A stretch of 64,000 bases of DNA from Candidatus Poribacteria bacterium (GCA_965205025.1 CBDBFU010000012.1:352001-416000); one strand, 5' to 3'; shown: positions 52,837 through 63,244, counted from the stretch's first letter. Notes: generated by a model from the sequence alone, not told the origin. Made by a program: numbers and translations.

Positions 52837-54294
52837 TTATCCTGCTCCAATCAACCTCCGCAACGTCTGAACTAGTGTTCCCTCTGATATCCATTTTGCA
52901 GCAATCCGCCAAGTACTTGTCGAATAAGTAGGATACACATGCATCATCCCAGATAACTTTCTCAACGGTATACCTTGTTGCATTGCCAGAACATACTCGT
53001 GGATTACCTCCCCAGCATTCGTGCCTACAATGTGTACTCCTAATATCTTCCCTAACCATTTGCTTGTAATTACCTTAGTAAATCCTTTAGTTTCACCATC
53101 AGCAACCGCTCTATCAACATCGGTTTGAGGTAACAGAAAAACATCAACATCACCATGTTTCTCACGCGCTTCCTCCTCTGTTAACCCACATCGAGCAACT
53201 TCTGGATCAGAAAATGTTGTCCACGGTACAACGGAATAATCTATCTTCTGTGACCAAGGTAATAAGAAATTTCTAACAAGCAATTGTGCTTGATATGCTG
53301 CCACATGTGTAAATAAATACTCTCCAATGACATCTCCTGCAGCATAGATATTCTTAACATGTGTCTGAAGTTTCCGATTAACCACAATCCTCTTCTTATC
53401 AACATGTACACCAATATCCTCAAGTTTCAATCCTTCTATATTAGGCAACCGCCCCGCAGCTATCAATATCTTATCAAAAACTTGTATATCATCATTTAAT
53501 TCGTTTACGGTCTCGGAACATTTAAAGGACACAGAAATTTCAGAATCCACTTTTCTCATCTCGGATATAGTACAATTTAGTTTGAATTCAATACCCTCCG
53601 CGCTAAGGTATTCCAATATCTTCTCGGAAACATCGAAATCTTCTTTTTTTAAGATGTTACTACTTCTTTGTATGATTGTAACCTGTGATCCTAATCTCTG
53701 AAATGCTTGTCCTAACTCAATGCCAATTGGACCCGCACCAACAACCAACAATCTCTTTGGTAATTCTTCCAAATCCCATACATTTTCACTATCAAGATAA
53801 TCACATGAATCTAACCCTGGTATATCAGGAATTAAAGGACGAGATCCTGTGGAAATGACAAATTTCTTACTATGGATCATTCTTGTTGTTCCATTTTCTG
53901 AATCTTCAACTACGAATGTATTTGGATTTTGAAAATGTCCATTACCAAATACGACTTCAACCCCCATATCGCGAAATCGTTCCGGATTATCATGTTCTTC
54001 TTCAATTGTATGTTGTGCATCTTGGATATATCTCTTCACACTATCCCAATCAATTTCTTGCTCCACACTATCAATACCATAATTCTCTGAATTTTTGAGA
54101 TAGTTAGCAACCTTCGCTACCTTTAAGAGCGCTTTAGATGGCACACATCCAGTCCAAAGACAATCCCCACCAATACGATGTTTTTCAATCAGTACTGTTC
54201 TTCTACCAAGTTTGACACCTGCAATAGCAAGTACAAGTCCAGCACTTCCACCTCCGATGATTGCAATATCAAAGTTTTCCAATGGTGACTCCAA
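52837..54294 (-). CDS. Class I pyridine nucleotide-disulfide oxidoreductase (mercuric reductase/lipoamide dehydrogenase-like)
   Basis: 'IGGGSAG', 'GGDCLWTGCVPSK', 'GAGPIGIE' and 'HVYPT'; lacks the C-terminal Cys-Cys of MerA. Confidence 0.9.
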   Translation of the reverse strand: MESPLENFDIAIIGGGSAGLVLAIAGVKLGRRTVLIEKHRIGGDCLWTGCVPSKALLKVAKVANYLKNSENYGIDSVEQEIDWDSVKRYIQDAQHTIEEEHDNPERFRDMGVEVVFGNGHFQNPNTFVVEDSENGTTRMIHSKKFVISTGSRPLIPDIPGLDSCDYLDSENVWDLEELPKRLLVVGAGPIGIELGQAFQRLGSQVTIIQRSSNILKKEDFDVSEKILEYLSAEGIEFKLNCTISEMRKVDSEISVSFKCSETVNELNDDIQVFDKILIAAGRLPNIEGLKLEDIGVHVDKKRIVVNRKLQTHVKNIYAAGDVIGEYLFTHVAAYQAQLLVRNFLLPWSQKIDYSVVPWTTFSDPEVARCGLTEEEAREKHGDVDVFLLPQTDVDRAVADGETKGFTKVITSKWLGKILGVHIVGTNAGEVIHEYVLAMQQGIPLRKLSGMMHVYPTYSTSTWRIAAKWISEGTLVQTLRRLIGAG

Positions 54295-54312
54295 TACACT
54301 TCATATCTGATC

Positions 54313-55854
54313 CTAATGTCGTAGTACTTTACCGGGAAGTTTATTAGTTACATTCCCATTTTCAACAACCGGTATACCGTTAACAAAAACCCAATCCACA
54401 CCTACTGCTGGTTGTATAGGATCAAACCAAGTTGAACGATCTGATACAGTTTCAGGATTAAAAATGACGATATCTGCGGCTAAACCTTCTGAGATAATAC
54501 CACGATCAGATAAACGAAATCTCTCTGCTGGAAATCCACTCATTTTATAAACAGCTTCTTTCAATGAGACTAACTTTCGTTCACGAACAAACTTACCCAA
54601 ATACTGGACAAAACAACCGTGACTACGGGGATGAGGATGTGGTATATTATAGACTCCATCACTGGCAATCATCATTCTTGGGTGTGTTGCTGTCTGGTTA
54701 AGGATAATCTCATTTTCCTCTGGTGTTGATACCCACGGCATAATGAATGTCTCAATTGCCAATTCATCCTGTATAAAATCATAAGCAAATTCTTCGATCG
54801 ATTTATTTTCTGATTTCGCAGATTCAATTAGTGTCTTTCCAATGTATCTCCCAGATCGATTGTACCCAACAATTTGATTACCCTTCCCCAATTTATCTCT
54901 TAGGTAGGGTAAGGATTCTTCTCTTACTGTGTCATTTTCAAGATTTGCTAACATTGCATCGGGTGTACCAGTTTGATATTCCATAGGTAACATCATAGCA
55001 AGATGTGTCATACCAGCAGGATATAAATAAGATTCAAATGTTAAATCAATATCCTCACGATCAATCCTCTCAAGAACTACTGCAGATTCGTCATCAACTC
55101 TCTCATGTGAAATATGTACGGGTATGTTGGCTTGTCTTGCTATATCTATGGTCTCCTCCCATGCTGCCTTTCTTCCTATGAGTTGATAACGGATATGTGC
55201 TGCATAGATTGCATCATAACTTGCCGCAATCTTCGATAGATATACCAACTCATTCAAATCAGCATTTGCAGACGGTTGATAGTCAAGACCTAAACATAAA
55301 CAACATGCCCCTGCCTCAAGCCACTCGCGTGTAATCCGTTCCATTACTTTTAGTTCATCAGAAGTAGCAGGACGGGGTTCCCATCCCATCGCCGCTAATC
55401 TAACTGAACAATGCGGAACTTGAGGATACAAATTTGCTGGAATCCGATCCTTAAACATTGATAGATATTCATCAGGAGAATTCCAATTAAGTGCAACTTC
55501 ATCATCCCCATAAGCAAATTGTGTATAATGCCACAGTTCTTCGGCAAGATTCTTTGGTAATGGTGCCCAACCAAAACCATCTGGTGCAGCTAAATGGGTT
55601 GTCACACCTTGTCTAACTGCAGCATATTGATCACGACCACCGAGTAAGGAGATTTCTGAATGCACATGCACATCAACGAATCCAGGACATACAACGAGTC
55701 CATCTGCCGAAATCATATTCTTTGATGTAGATGCTTTTAAATCACCTATTACAGCAATCGAATCTCCCATAATACCAATATCTGCAGTAAAAGGCTCATT
55801 TTTGCCACTACCATCAATTATATTTCCACCTGCAATAATAATATCATAATCCAC
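54313..55854 (-). CDS. N-acyl-D-amino-acid deacylase family amidohydrolase
   Basis: 'IIDGSG', 'PGFVDVHVH', 'QGVTT', 'ASDG...PHPRSHG' and 'ADIVIF'. Confidence 0.88.
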   Translation of the reverse strand: MDYDIIIAGGNIIDGSGKNEPFTADIGIMGDSIAVIGDLKASTSKNMISADGLVVCPGFVDVHVHSEISLLGGRDQYAAVRQGVTTHLAAPDGFGWAPLPKNLAEELWHYTQFAYGDDEVALNWNSPDEYLSMFKDRIPANLYPQVPHCSVRLAAMGWEPRPATSDELKVMERITREWLEAGACCLCLGLDYQPSANADLNELVYLSKIAASYDAIYAAHIRYQLIGRKAAWEETIDIARQANIPVHISHERVDDESAVVLERIDREDIDLTFESYLYPAGMTHLAMMLPMEYQTGTPDAMLANLENDTVREESLPYLRDKLGKGNQIVGYNRSGRYIGKTLIESAKSENKSIEEFAYDFIQDELAIETFIMPWVSTPEENEIILNQTATHPRMMIASDGVYNIPHPHPRSHGCFVQYLGKFVRERKLVSLKEAVYKMSGFPAERFRLSDRGIISEGLAADIVIFNPETVSDRSTWFDPIQPAVGVDWVFVNGIPVVENGNVTNKLPGKVLRH

Positions 55855-56380
55855 TAATATATCCTTTCTGGTATGAACAAAGTTTCTTATACCTCACCAG
55901 GTTCTCTTCAAACTAAAATGTATGCTTTATCTTTTACTTCACATATTTATTTCTATCCATATTAAGCAACAATTGTTCTATATCAAAAATAGATACATTT
56001 GCTTAAAACTTGTTGCCATATAGTCCACTAATTAGAGACCTATCTCACTACGCATTATACCATACCTCTAATCATTTAACTATACCTGTCATATTCTTTG
56101 GTGTGTAAATTTTTCCATCCTACCATCCTTCCGTCCTTCCATATTAATGACATAACACAAAAAGTAAAACAAAGAATAGAATAACCAAAATAAATGAAAA
56201 ACATTGAAGAAAACCAAACCATAACACAACTAAAGATATAATATTATAGAAATATCCAAAATAATAAACTAACATTAGTAAATAAAATAATGAAATATAT
56301 CACAATATATTATTTTTATCTTGACACATATACCTTATTATGTTACTATATATATCACAGTAAAAGCATAACTAAAATGT

Positions 56381-56401
56381 TGTTATGAAACTTTCATAAC
56401 A
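56381..56401. promoter_or_regulatory. Perfect palindrome, candidate operator
   Basis: TGTTATGAAA-C-TTTCATAACA, with extra half-sites at 56402-56410 and 56591-56600. Confidence 0.4.
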
Positions 56402-56835
56402 GTTATGAAAAGGAAATCACAATCTGATACACCTACAAACCTATACCAGAACAGGGTTCAGAACACTTCAAACAAGAACAGAGTATGAATTTTTTAAAAA
56501 AATTAAAAAACTAACATATTTTGAGGTATATTAACAAACCCTTTCTGGGACTGACTTTAGAGCGGTTTAAAACATGCTGATTAAAAATTGTGTTATGAAA
56601 ATACTATTATGGTGTATCTCATAGAATGAATCGTTATTAACATCTACAAAAAGAAGATAGAGCAATAAATAGGAAGAAAAGAAATGACAATCCAACATTT
56701 TCATAAAAATACAATCAGAAATAGAAAAAATAGCGTATGGCTTCAGGGGTCAGCAAATGCAGAAAAACCAGAAAATAACACAAAAATCAAAATTCTTAAA
56801 ATTTCAATAAATTACCATAAACCCAGTCTACCACA

Positions 56836-57267
56836 GGGATTAGAGCGTTTTTTCAAAGTTACACCATGTAACGAAAAGTGTAACTTTTTCATTTTACTCT
56901 CTTTCATTTTACTAAAGCGTATCTCATTATTACAGTTCCTCTTCGTAGGGACGGGGTCTCCCCGTCCGAATCTTCGTAGAAACGCCATCTCCCCCTTGGT
57001 TCAAAATATAGCAAATGGCAAGAACAACGAATTCTCCAAATATAGGATGTATGAGATAAACTCGAACATCTTGTCAAAATGGATAGACAAGATATTTCAC
57101 ATTCATACGTTCCCAATTCAATGGATTAAAAGAAAAGGAAAAGATACCAAAGTGTCACTTTTGCAAATTCTTGTTACCACAAAAAAGTAGCTCTAAACAC
57201 AGAGTAGTACTGACGGGATAGAGGTTTTACCAATGTCACATCCTGTGACAAAAAGTGTAACTTTTTT
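56836..57267 (+). repeat. Two imperfect ~53-bp direct repeats (56836-56889 and 57215-57267)
   Basis: Shared pattern GGGAT(T)AGAG..TTTT..CAA, a palindrome, then the exact 16-mer AAAAGTGTAACTTTTT. Confidence 0.6.
56945..56968 (+). repeat. REP-like GTAG palindrome
   Basis: GTAG-GGACGGGG-TCT-CCCCGTCC-G, a GC-rich hairpin in AT-rich intergenic DNA. Confidence 0.65.
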
Positions 57268-57584
57268 AAACATATAAACAATACAGTTATTACTATTGTG
57301 AATAATTTAAAACGCTAAATTCTCACAAGAATTACACTTGGTTCAATATACAGGGCAAGGAAAAACTATGATTTCGTGAAATTCATCACAAAACTTTACA
57401 CACCCCTCTATTTTTTGGTGGTTTGCATTCACATAGGTGTCATGATATAATCTAATCAGAATTGAATTAATATGGTAATATTTCCTAATAGGTTTACATA
57501 CATCTACACTAATCCTATAAAATTTTGTTCAGAGAACAATAAGAGATTTATATACGGCAAGAAATACAATTTTGGAGAATTAGA

Positions 57585-58772
57585 ATGAAATCCTATCGAC
57601 AAATCGTTGAGGAAGCAAAAACAGAGATACCAGAAGTATCAATCGACGAAGTAAAAGACGAACAGGAACAGGACAACGACTTTGTTCTACTTGATGTAAG
57701 AGATGAAGATGAATACCGGGCTGGATATATACCTAATGCGGTTCATGTTACAAGAGGTATGTTAGAATTTTCTGTTGAAAACTATATCCCCGACCGAGAT
57801 CAGAAGGTTGTCGTATACTGTGCTGCGGGACTCCGTTCATTATTAGCAGCGAAATCTCTTCGTGAAATGGGTTATACAGACACTGTTTCTATGGCAGGGG
57901 GATATCGTGATTGGTCGGCAGCTGGTTATCCAACCGACCAAGATAAACCAATGTCTCATGAACAACTTGATCGCTATAGTCGACATTTTATGTTGACCGA
58001 AGTCGGTGAGCAAGGTCAAGCAAAACTACTTGATGCAAAAGTATTAATGGTGGGAGCAGGAGGATTAGGATCACCAGCAGGAGTATATCTCGGTGCTGCT
58101 GGAATAGGACAAATGGGGATAATCGATTCAGATGTAGTTGAATTAAGCAACCTACAAAGACAAATTTTACATAGAACTGAGGCAGTAGGTACACCCAAAG
58201 TACAATCTGCAACTACCACTATAAAATCTCTTAATCCTGATGTAGAAATTACACCATATAACACTCGTTTAACTGCTGATAATGTTGAAGAGATCTTCTC
58301 AGAATATGACCTAATCGTTGATGGATGCGATAACTTTGCTACACGTTTCCTTGTAAACGATGCTGCCTATTTTATGAAGAAACCGGTTGTACATGGTAGT
58401 ATTTTTCAGTTTGAAGGACAAGTAACCCTCTTAGATCCAAATGAGGGTCCCTGTTACCGTTGTATGTATCCTACGCCACCACCTCCTGGTTTAGTCCCAA
58501 GCTGAAGTGAAGCAGGAGTCCTGGGCGTGCTCCCAGGTATAATCGGCGTGATGATGGCAACAGAAGCAATAAAATATATTCTTGGAATCGGTGAACCCCT
58601 AATAGGTAGACTTATTCTATATGATGCGCTTGGAATGACCTATCGAGAAATGAAGACAGTTAAAGATGAACATTGTCCCTTATGCAGTGATAATCCCGTA
58701 ATTACACAATTAATTGATGATTATGATGCAGCCGCGGAGAATCCAGAAACTTATGCACCTGCTGCGGATTAA
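57585..58772 (+). CDS. moeB: Rhodanese-MoeB/ThiF (E1-like) adenylyltransferase/sulfurtransferase with in-frame TGA, probable selenoprotein (395 aa)
   Basis: Rhodanese 'YCAAGLRS', 'RYSRH', 'GAGGLGSP', 'SNLQRQ', and Zn motifs CYRC and CPLC. ORFs 57585-58505 and 58527-58772 are in one frame and read PPPPGLVPS-TGA-SEAGVLGVLPG. Confidence 0.88.
58506..58537 (+). promoter_or_regulatory. Putative bacterial SECIS element
   Basis: Stem CCTGGG (58520-58525) / CCCAGG (58532-58537) with loop CGTGCT, separated from TGA 58503-58505 by 20 nt. Confidence 0.7.
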
Positions 58773-58820
58773 GAATATATCAAACTAAGTATAATTGAAC
58801 GAAATTATGATAATTGGGTT

Positions 58821-60143
58821 ATGAATATGATTACACATATTCGAATGAAAAACTTCAAATCCTGGAAAGATAGTGGAAAAATTGATCTTGCTCCACTAAC
58901 TGGATTCTTTGGCACCAATAGTTCTGGTAAGAGTAGTCTGATGCAGATGTTGCTTGTATTAAAACAAACTGCACAGAATTCAAATCCAGATGAAGTTATC
59001 TCATTTGGAAATAAGGATTCATTCATAAATCTTGGCTCATTCAAAGATGTGATATTTGGTCATTTAAAAGATGAAATTCTTGAATTAGAGTTTGGATGTA
59101 AATTACAGAAACCAATTATGTTAGATGTATATGATAATCAAGATTTAATGATTAAAATTGAATCCTTCATTTTCAACACTTCAATTTCATCAATATCATC
59201 TAATTTACATGTCTCTGAGCTGATATATACGGTTGAGGTTCCAACCAGTATTATTATTCGTTGGAAGGACAGAGAAATGTTAGTCGAATTTAATTCTCAA
59301 CAAGAAATAAGTAAGATTTATGATACTTCATATGGTGATAGGAATTGCTATGGTAAAACATCTATATTGTATAAGGAATTAAGATTATTCACCGATGCAT
59401 TTGAAACTACATTTTCTAATGTTTTCTATCTTGGTCCAACAAGAGTAGAACCACAACGATTCTATCACTGGCAAGGAACACATCCAAAGGATATAAATCA
59501 GTGGGGTAATCAGACAATCGAAGCACTTCTATCTGCCCGTGTGCGGAAATTGAAAACAAATCAGGATAAAGAGAAAATACCTATTGAAGACAAAATCTCT
59601 AATTGGTTACAGGAAATGGACCTTGCACATTCTTATTCTCTTGACTTGGTGACTGAAGGTGCTCAAGAGTATGAAGTAAGACTACAAAAAAACTCATTGA
59701 GTCCACCGGTAACCCTTGTTGATATGGGTTACGGTCTTGGTCAATTCCTACCTGTTCTCGTTTTATGTTATTATGCCCCAGAAGGATCAACACTCATACT
59801 TGAACAACCTGGTATTCACCTACATCCAAGAGTTCAATCACAAGTTGCTGACCTCCTAATAGAAGTTGTCAAAGAACGAAATCTACAAATACTGGTTGAA
59901 AGCCATAGCGAACATCTGTTAAATAGACTACAACGACGCATCGCCGAAGAGAAAATTAGTTCTGAAGAAACCGCACTCTATTTTTGTAGAAACGATGACG
60001 GAGAATCAACAATTGAACAATTGAAAATAGATGAATTCGGTAATATCTTCAATTGGCCAGACAAATTCTTTGGAGACGAAATGGGAGACCTATTTGCTAT
60101 GACAGAAGCACAGAATAAACGTCAGAAAAGATCGGAGAGTTGA
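58821..60143 (+). CDS. AAA_21/AAA_15-type ABC ATPase with DUF3696-like C-terminus
   Basis: 'KNFKSW', 'GTNSSGKSS', 'DMGYGLGQFLP', 'LEQPGIHLHP', 'ESHSEH' and 'WPDKFF'. Confidence 0.88.
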   Translation: MNMITHIRMKNFKSWKDSGKIDLAPLTGFFGTNSSGKSSLMQMLLVLKQTAQNSNPDEVISFGNKDSFINLGSFKDVIFGHLKDEILELEFGCKLQKPIMLDVYDNQDLMIKIESFIFNTSISSISSNLHVSELIYTVEVPTSIIIRWKDREMLVEFNSQQEISKIYDTSYGDRNCYGKTSILYKELRLFTDAFETTFSNVFYLGPTRVEPQRFYHWQGTHPKDINQWGNQTIEALLSARVRKLKTNQDKEKIPIEDKISNWLQEMDLAHSYSLDLVTEGAQEYEVRLQKNSLSPPVTLVDMGYGLGQFLPVLVLCYYAPEGSTLILEQPGIHLHPRVQSQVADLLIEVVKERNLQILVESHSEHLLNRLQRRIAEEKISSEETALYFCRNDDGESTIEQLKIDEFGNIFNWPDKFFGDEMGDLFAMTEAQNKRQKRSES

Positions 60144-60663
60144 TGGAGGCAGTCATTGTAGATACAAATGTTATCGTATATGCTAATGGTACAGATGACG
60201 AAAACCTTCTTGATTGTGTTAAATCCTGTCAAATTCGACTTAATCAGATTCTCAACAGACCTGAGGTTGTTCTAATTGACGATAATTGGAGAATTCTGCG
60301 TGAATATCGAAAAATACAAAACCAAACACTAAGAAGGGTATTGGTGATCTTTTTGTAAAAACATTACTTCAAAATCTAACCAATACTAATTTCTGTAGAA
60401 TTGTTAAAATTACATCATTGACCGATAATGGAACAGAATTTAATGAGTTTCCTGATGATCCTGAATTAACTGATTTTGATCCAGATGATAGAAAATTTAT
60501 CGCTGTTGCTAATGCATACTATACGCAATACCAAGAAACTCCATCAGTACTATTAGCAATAGATAGAGGATGGCTTCATTTTATTCATCCTTTACAAAAT
60601 TATGGAGTTAAAATTGAGCTTATATGTGAAGATGATATGCTCCAAATAAAATATACTCCTTAA
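60143..60663 (+). CDS. PIN-domain-like protein, one base missing near A run 60310-60314
   Basis: 'VIVDTNVIV', 'ILREY' and 'DPDDRKFIAVA'. The two ORF pieces join on adding one A; TGATG overlap with the ATPase gene. Confidence 0.65.
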
Positions 60664-60690
60664 ATCAAATTATCACTTTCAAAATATTTA

Positions 60691-61539
60691 ATGCGTACAA
60701 AATACCGCATAATTTTCCTTCTCTCACCAGTAATTTGGTGGCTGCTCTTTTTCTTTTTTCTCCCCTTAACCTATGTAATAATTTATAGTTTCTTAGAACG
60801 TGATACTTATGGAGGTATCCAGTGGACTTTCACACTCGAAAACTATTTTCGTTCTATTGACGGTCTATACCTTCAAGTACTATGGAGATCAATAAAGACA
60901 GGATTCGTATGTACTATCGTTTGTCTAATAATTGGATATCCGTTTGCATATTATCTGGCAGTATTTAGACCAAAACATAGAAACATATTACTTCTATTAA
61001 TTGTAATTCCGTTTTGGATTAACTTCCTAATACGCACCTATGCCTGGATTCTCATACTACGAAAAGAAGGTATTTTAAACAGTTTCCTTTCAAATCTTAT
61101 CCCTGGAATTCAACCACTTGAACTACTTAATACACCCATTGCTGTTCAAATCGGTTTAGTCTACACCTATCTTCCCTTTATGATACTTCCTCTTTACGCA
61201 TCATTAGAACAGATTGATTTTTCATTGATAGATGCCGCAATGGATTTAGGGGCTACTCCGCGTAACGCTTTTTGGCATATAACATTCCCCCTTAGTCTAC
61301 CCGGTATTCTGGCAGGATCAATGTTAGTATTTATTCCTACTGTTGGAGCATTTTTGACACCCGATTTACTGGGTGGTGGAAAAGTTAGTTATATCGGGAA
61401 TGTAATCGAAAGACAATTCAAATCTTCACTTGATTATCCATTTGGATCCGCTTTATCTATTTTATTGATGTGTTTTGTCCTTATCGGAATAATCATCTAT
61501 TTTCGTACGTTAAAAGAGAACAATAACTTAGGTTATTAG
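60691..61539 (+). CDS. potB: Spermidine/putrescine ABC transporter permease (PotB-like)
   Basis: 'IGYPFAY', 'PFWINFLIRTYAW', 'YLPFMILPLY' and EAA-type loop 'DAAMDLGA'. Confidence 0.88.
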   Translation: MRTKYRIIFLLSPVIWWLLFFFFLPLTYVIIYSFLERDTYGGIQWTFTLENYFRSIDGLYLQVLWRSIKTGFVCTIVCLIIGYPFAYYLAVFRPKHRNILLLLIVIPFWINFLIRTYAWILILRKEGILNSFLSNLIPGIQPLELLNTPIAVQIGLVYTYLPFMILPLYASLEQIDFSLIDAAMDLGATPRNAFWHITFPLSLPGILAGSMLVFIPTVGAFLTPDLLGGGKVSYIGNVIERQFKSSLDYPFGSALSILLMCFVLIGIIIYFRTLKENNNLGY

Positions 61540-61607
61540 TATAATGATACAAGTAATAACAGGATATACTTATTAAATCCTAACAGTTCAACAGTAGTGT
61601 TTTGAAG

Positions 61608-62393
61608 ATGAAACGTCTATTTCAACTAAATACCTTAATAGTATTCCTCTTCCTATATTTACCTATATTAGTAGTTGTGATATTCTCTTTCAACAAAGGA
61701 GATCAGATAACAATTTGGGAAGGTTTTTCAATGAGATGGTATTCTTCTCTATTGAAAAACAGGGATGTATGGCGAGCCTGTAAGAATAGTCTAATGATAG
61801 CAGGGACTGCAACTATAGTATCCACAATTATAGGCACAGCAGCAGCAATTGCAATTGAAAAACATAGATTCCGTTTTAAAACACCAGTTAGCAACTCCCT
61901 ATATCTACCTATAATAATACCAGATATTGTCTTAGCAATTGCTTTGTTGACATACTTTTCTCAATTAAAAATACAATTAAACTTATTTACTGTTATAATT
62001 GCACATGTTGTTTTTAATATAGCCTATGTAACAATTATAGTTAGAGCACGTCTGCAAGGATATGACCAGACAATTGAAGAAGCTGCACTTGACCTTGGTG
62101 CCAATGAGTGGCAGACTTTTTATAGGGTAACACTACCTATTATCTCTCCTGGAATAATTGGTGGTGCACTCCTTGCCTTTACTTTATCTATTGACGATTT
62201 TGTCATTACATTCTTCACAGCTGGCGTAGGATATACAACTCTTTCTGTATATATCTATAATTCACTAAAATTTGGTATTACACCAGAGATAAACGCTATT
62301 TCTACGATGTTGTTATTCAATTCTATCATATTCATTATTTTGTTCTTATGGTTTCGTACAAAAAACCTATATAATAGATCCGAGAGAGCTTGA
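61608..62393 (+). CDS. potC: Spermidine/putrescine ABC transporter permease (PotC-like)
   Basis: 'FLYLPI...FSFN', 'EEAALDLGA', 'FTLSIDDFVITFF' and 'PEINA'. Confidence 0.88.
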   Translation: MKRLFQLNTLIVFLFLYLPILVVVIFSFNKGDQITIWEGFSMRWYSSLLKNRDVWRACKNSLMIAGTATIVSTIIGTAAAIAIEKHRFRFKTPVSNSLYLPIIIPDIVLAIALLTYFSQLKIQLNLFTVIIAHVVFNIAYVTIIVRARLQGYDQTIEEAALDLGANEWQTFYRVTLPIISPGIIGGALLAFTLSIDDFVITFFTAGVGYTTLSVYIYNSLKFGITPEINAISTMLLFNSIIFIILFLWFRTKNLYNRSERA

Positions 62394-62452
62394 ATCATCC
62401 TAATTAAATGAGAATATAACTATTGATTTCCAAATCATAATTTGGATATAAT

Positions 62453-63244
62453 TTGTTACTATTGATAAGAAATTTAATGATATATTTAATACCTTTATAT
62501 AGAATAGGATTAAATTACCTATTACTATTTCCAATTATCTGTCTTATACCTCTTATTATTGCATGTGACACTGAAAATCTACTCAATACAGAATTGGAAA
62601 TGCTTGAAATTGAAGTAGAGACAGAATCACAACAGCTAATTATTGGGGATACTACTACTCTTAATGCAACCGTTGATTACACTGGAGATCCTTCTGCGTT
62701 GATATATAAATGGAACGCAGATGCAGGAAGAATCCTTGGTAAGGGTAGAAGTATTGTATATGTTGCCCCACAGTCAGCTGGACGTTATACCATATCTCTT
62801 GAGGTTACTGATGGGAAGATTAAAAAGACCTACTCTCTTCACATTGATGTAGAGATCGGAAACGCAATCATTCTACTGCCTAACCGGCATTGGAAAGGAA
62901 ATACATTCACTCAGGAACTAACTTTTAGATTGAGTGTACATGAAATTCATAGAGAAAATATTACCTTGAGATATGAAATCCTACAAGAATCCGCACGAAT
63001 TGGTGCATTTCTTAGTATTGCTATAAACGATACAAACACCATAGAAGATAACTTAATCGGTACTGTACAACCCGGCGAACCGTTGATAGTTGCTGATGAT
63101 GTTGATGTTTCTCATCTAATTACTGAAACAGGTATCTATGAAGTCAAATTGACATTGGATGTCATTGATGTAATGGATAATGCCTGGTTGTTAAAGAAAT
63201 TAATGTTCATTGGTTTAGAAGGTACACTTTCAGAAATACAATAA
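62453..63244 (+). CDS. Putative lipoprotein with PKD/Ig-like domain (start uncertain)
   Basis: Lipobox-like 'LIIAC' and 'YKWNADAG.....G...Y.AP..AGRYTISLEVTDG'. Confidence 0.65.
   Translation: MLLLIRNLMIYLIPLYRIGLNYLLLFPIICLIPLIIACDTENLLNTELEMLEIEVETESQQLIIGDTTTLNATVDYTGDPSALIYKWNADAGRILGKGRSIVYVAPQSAGRYTISLEVTDGKIKKTYSLHIDVEIGNAIILLPNRHWKGNTFTQELTFRLSVHEIHRENITLRYEILQESARIGAFLSIAINDTNTIEDNLIGTVQPGEPLIVADDVDVSHLITETGIYEVKLTLDVIDVMDNAWLLKKLMFIGLEGTLSEIQ

Noticed and set aside
52837-54294. merA mercury resistance gene
   Set aside because: No C-terminal Cys-Cys pair, no NmerA domain and no mer operon neighbours.
56684-57190. 168-aa ORF in the long intergenic region
   Set aside because: It runs through a REP and repeat motifs, has low-information composition and no recognisable domain; probably spurious.
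55855-57584. CRISPR array or replication origin
   Set aside because: No regularly spaced identical repeats, no cas genes, and no cluster of DnaA boxes seen.
58503-58505. TGA reassigned genome-wide (genetic code 4 or 25)
   Set aside because: Other genes end at TGA (32154, 60143, 62393) and Trp is encoded by TGG throughout, so readthrough must be site-specific.
57585-58772. The E1-like enzyme acts with Pup and the proteasome as a ubiquitin-like cascade
   Set aside because: Pup is ligated by PafA without an E1, the loci are more than 20 kb apart, and no beta-grasp Ubl, E2 or JAB gene is adjacent.
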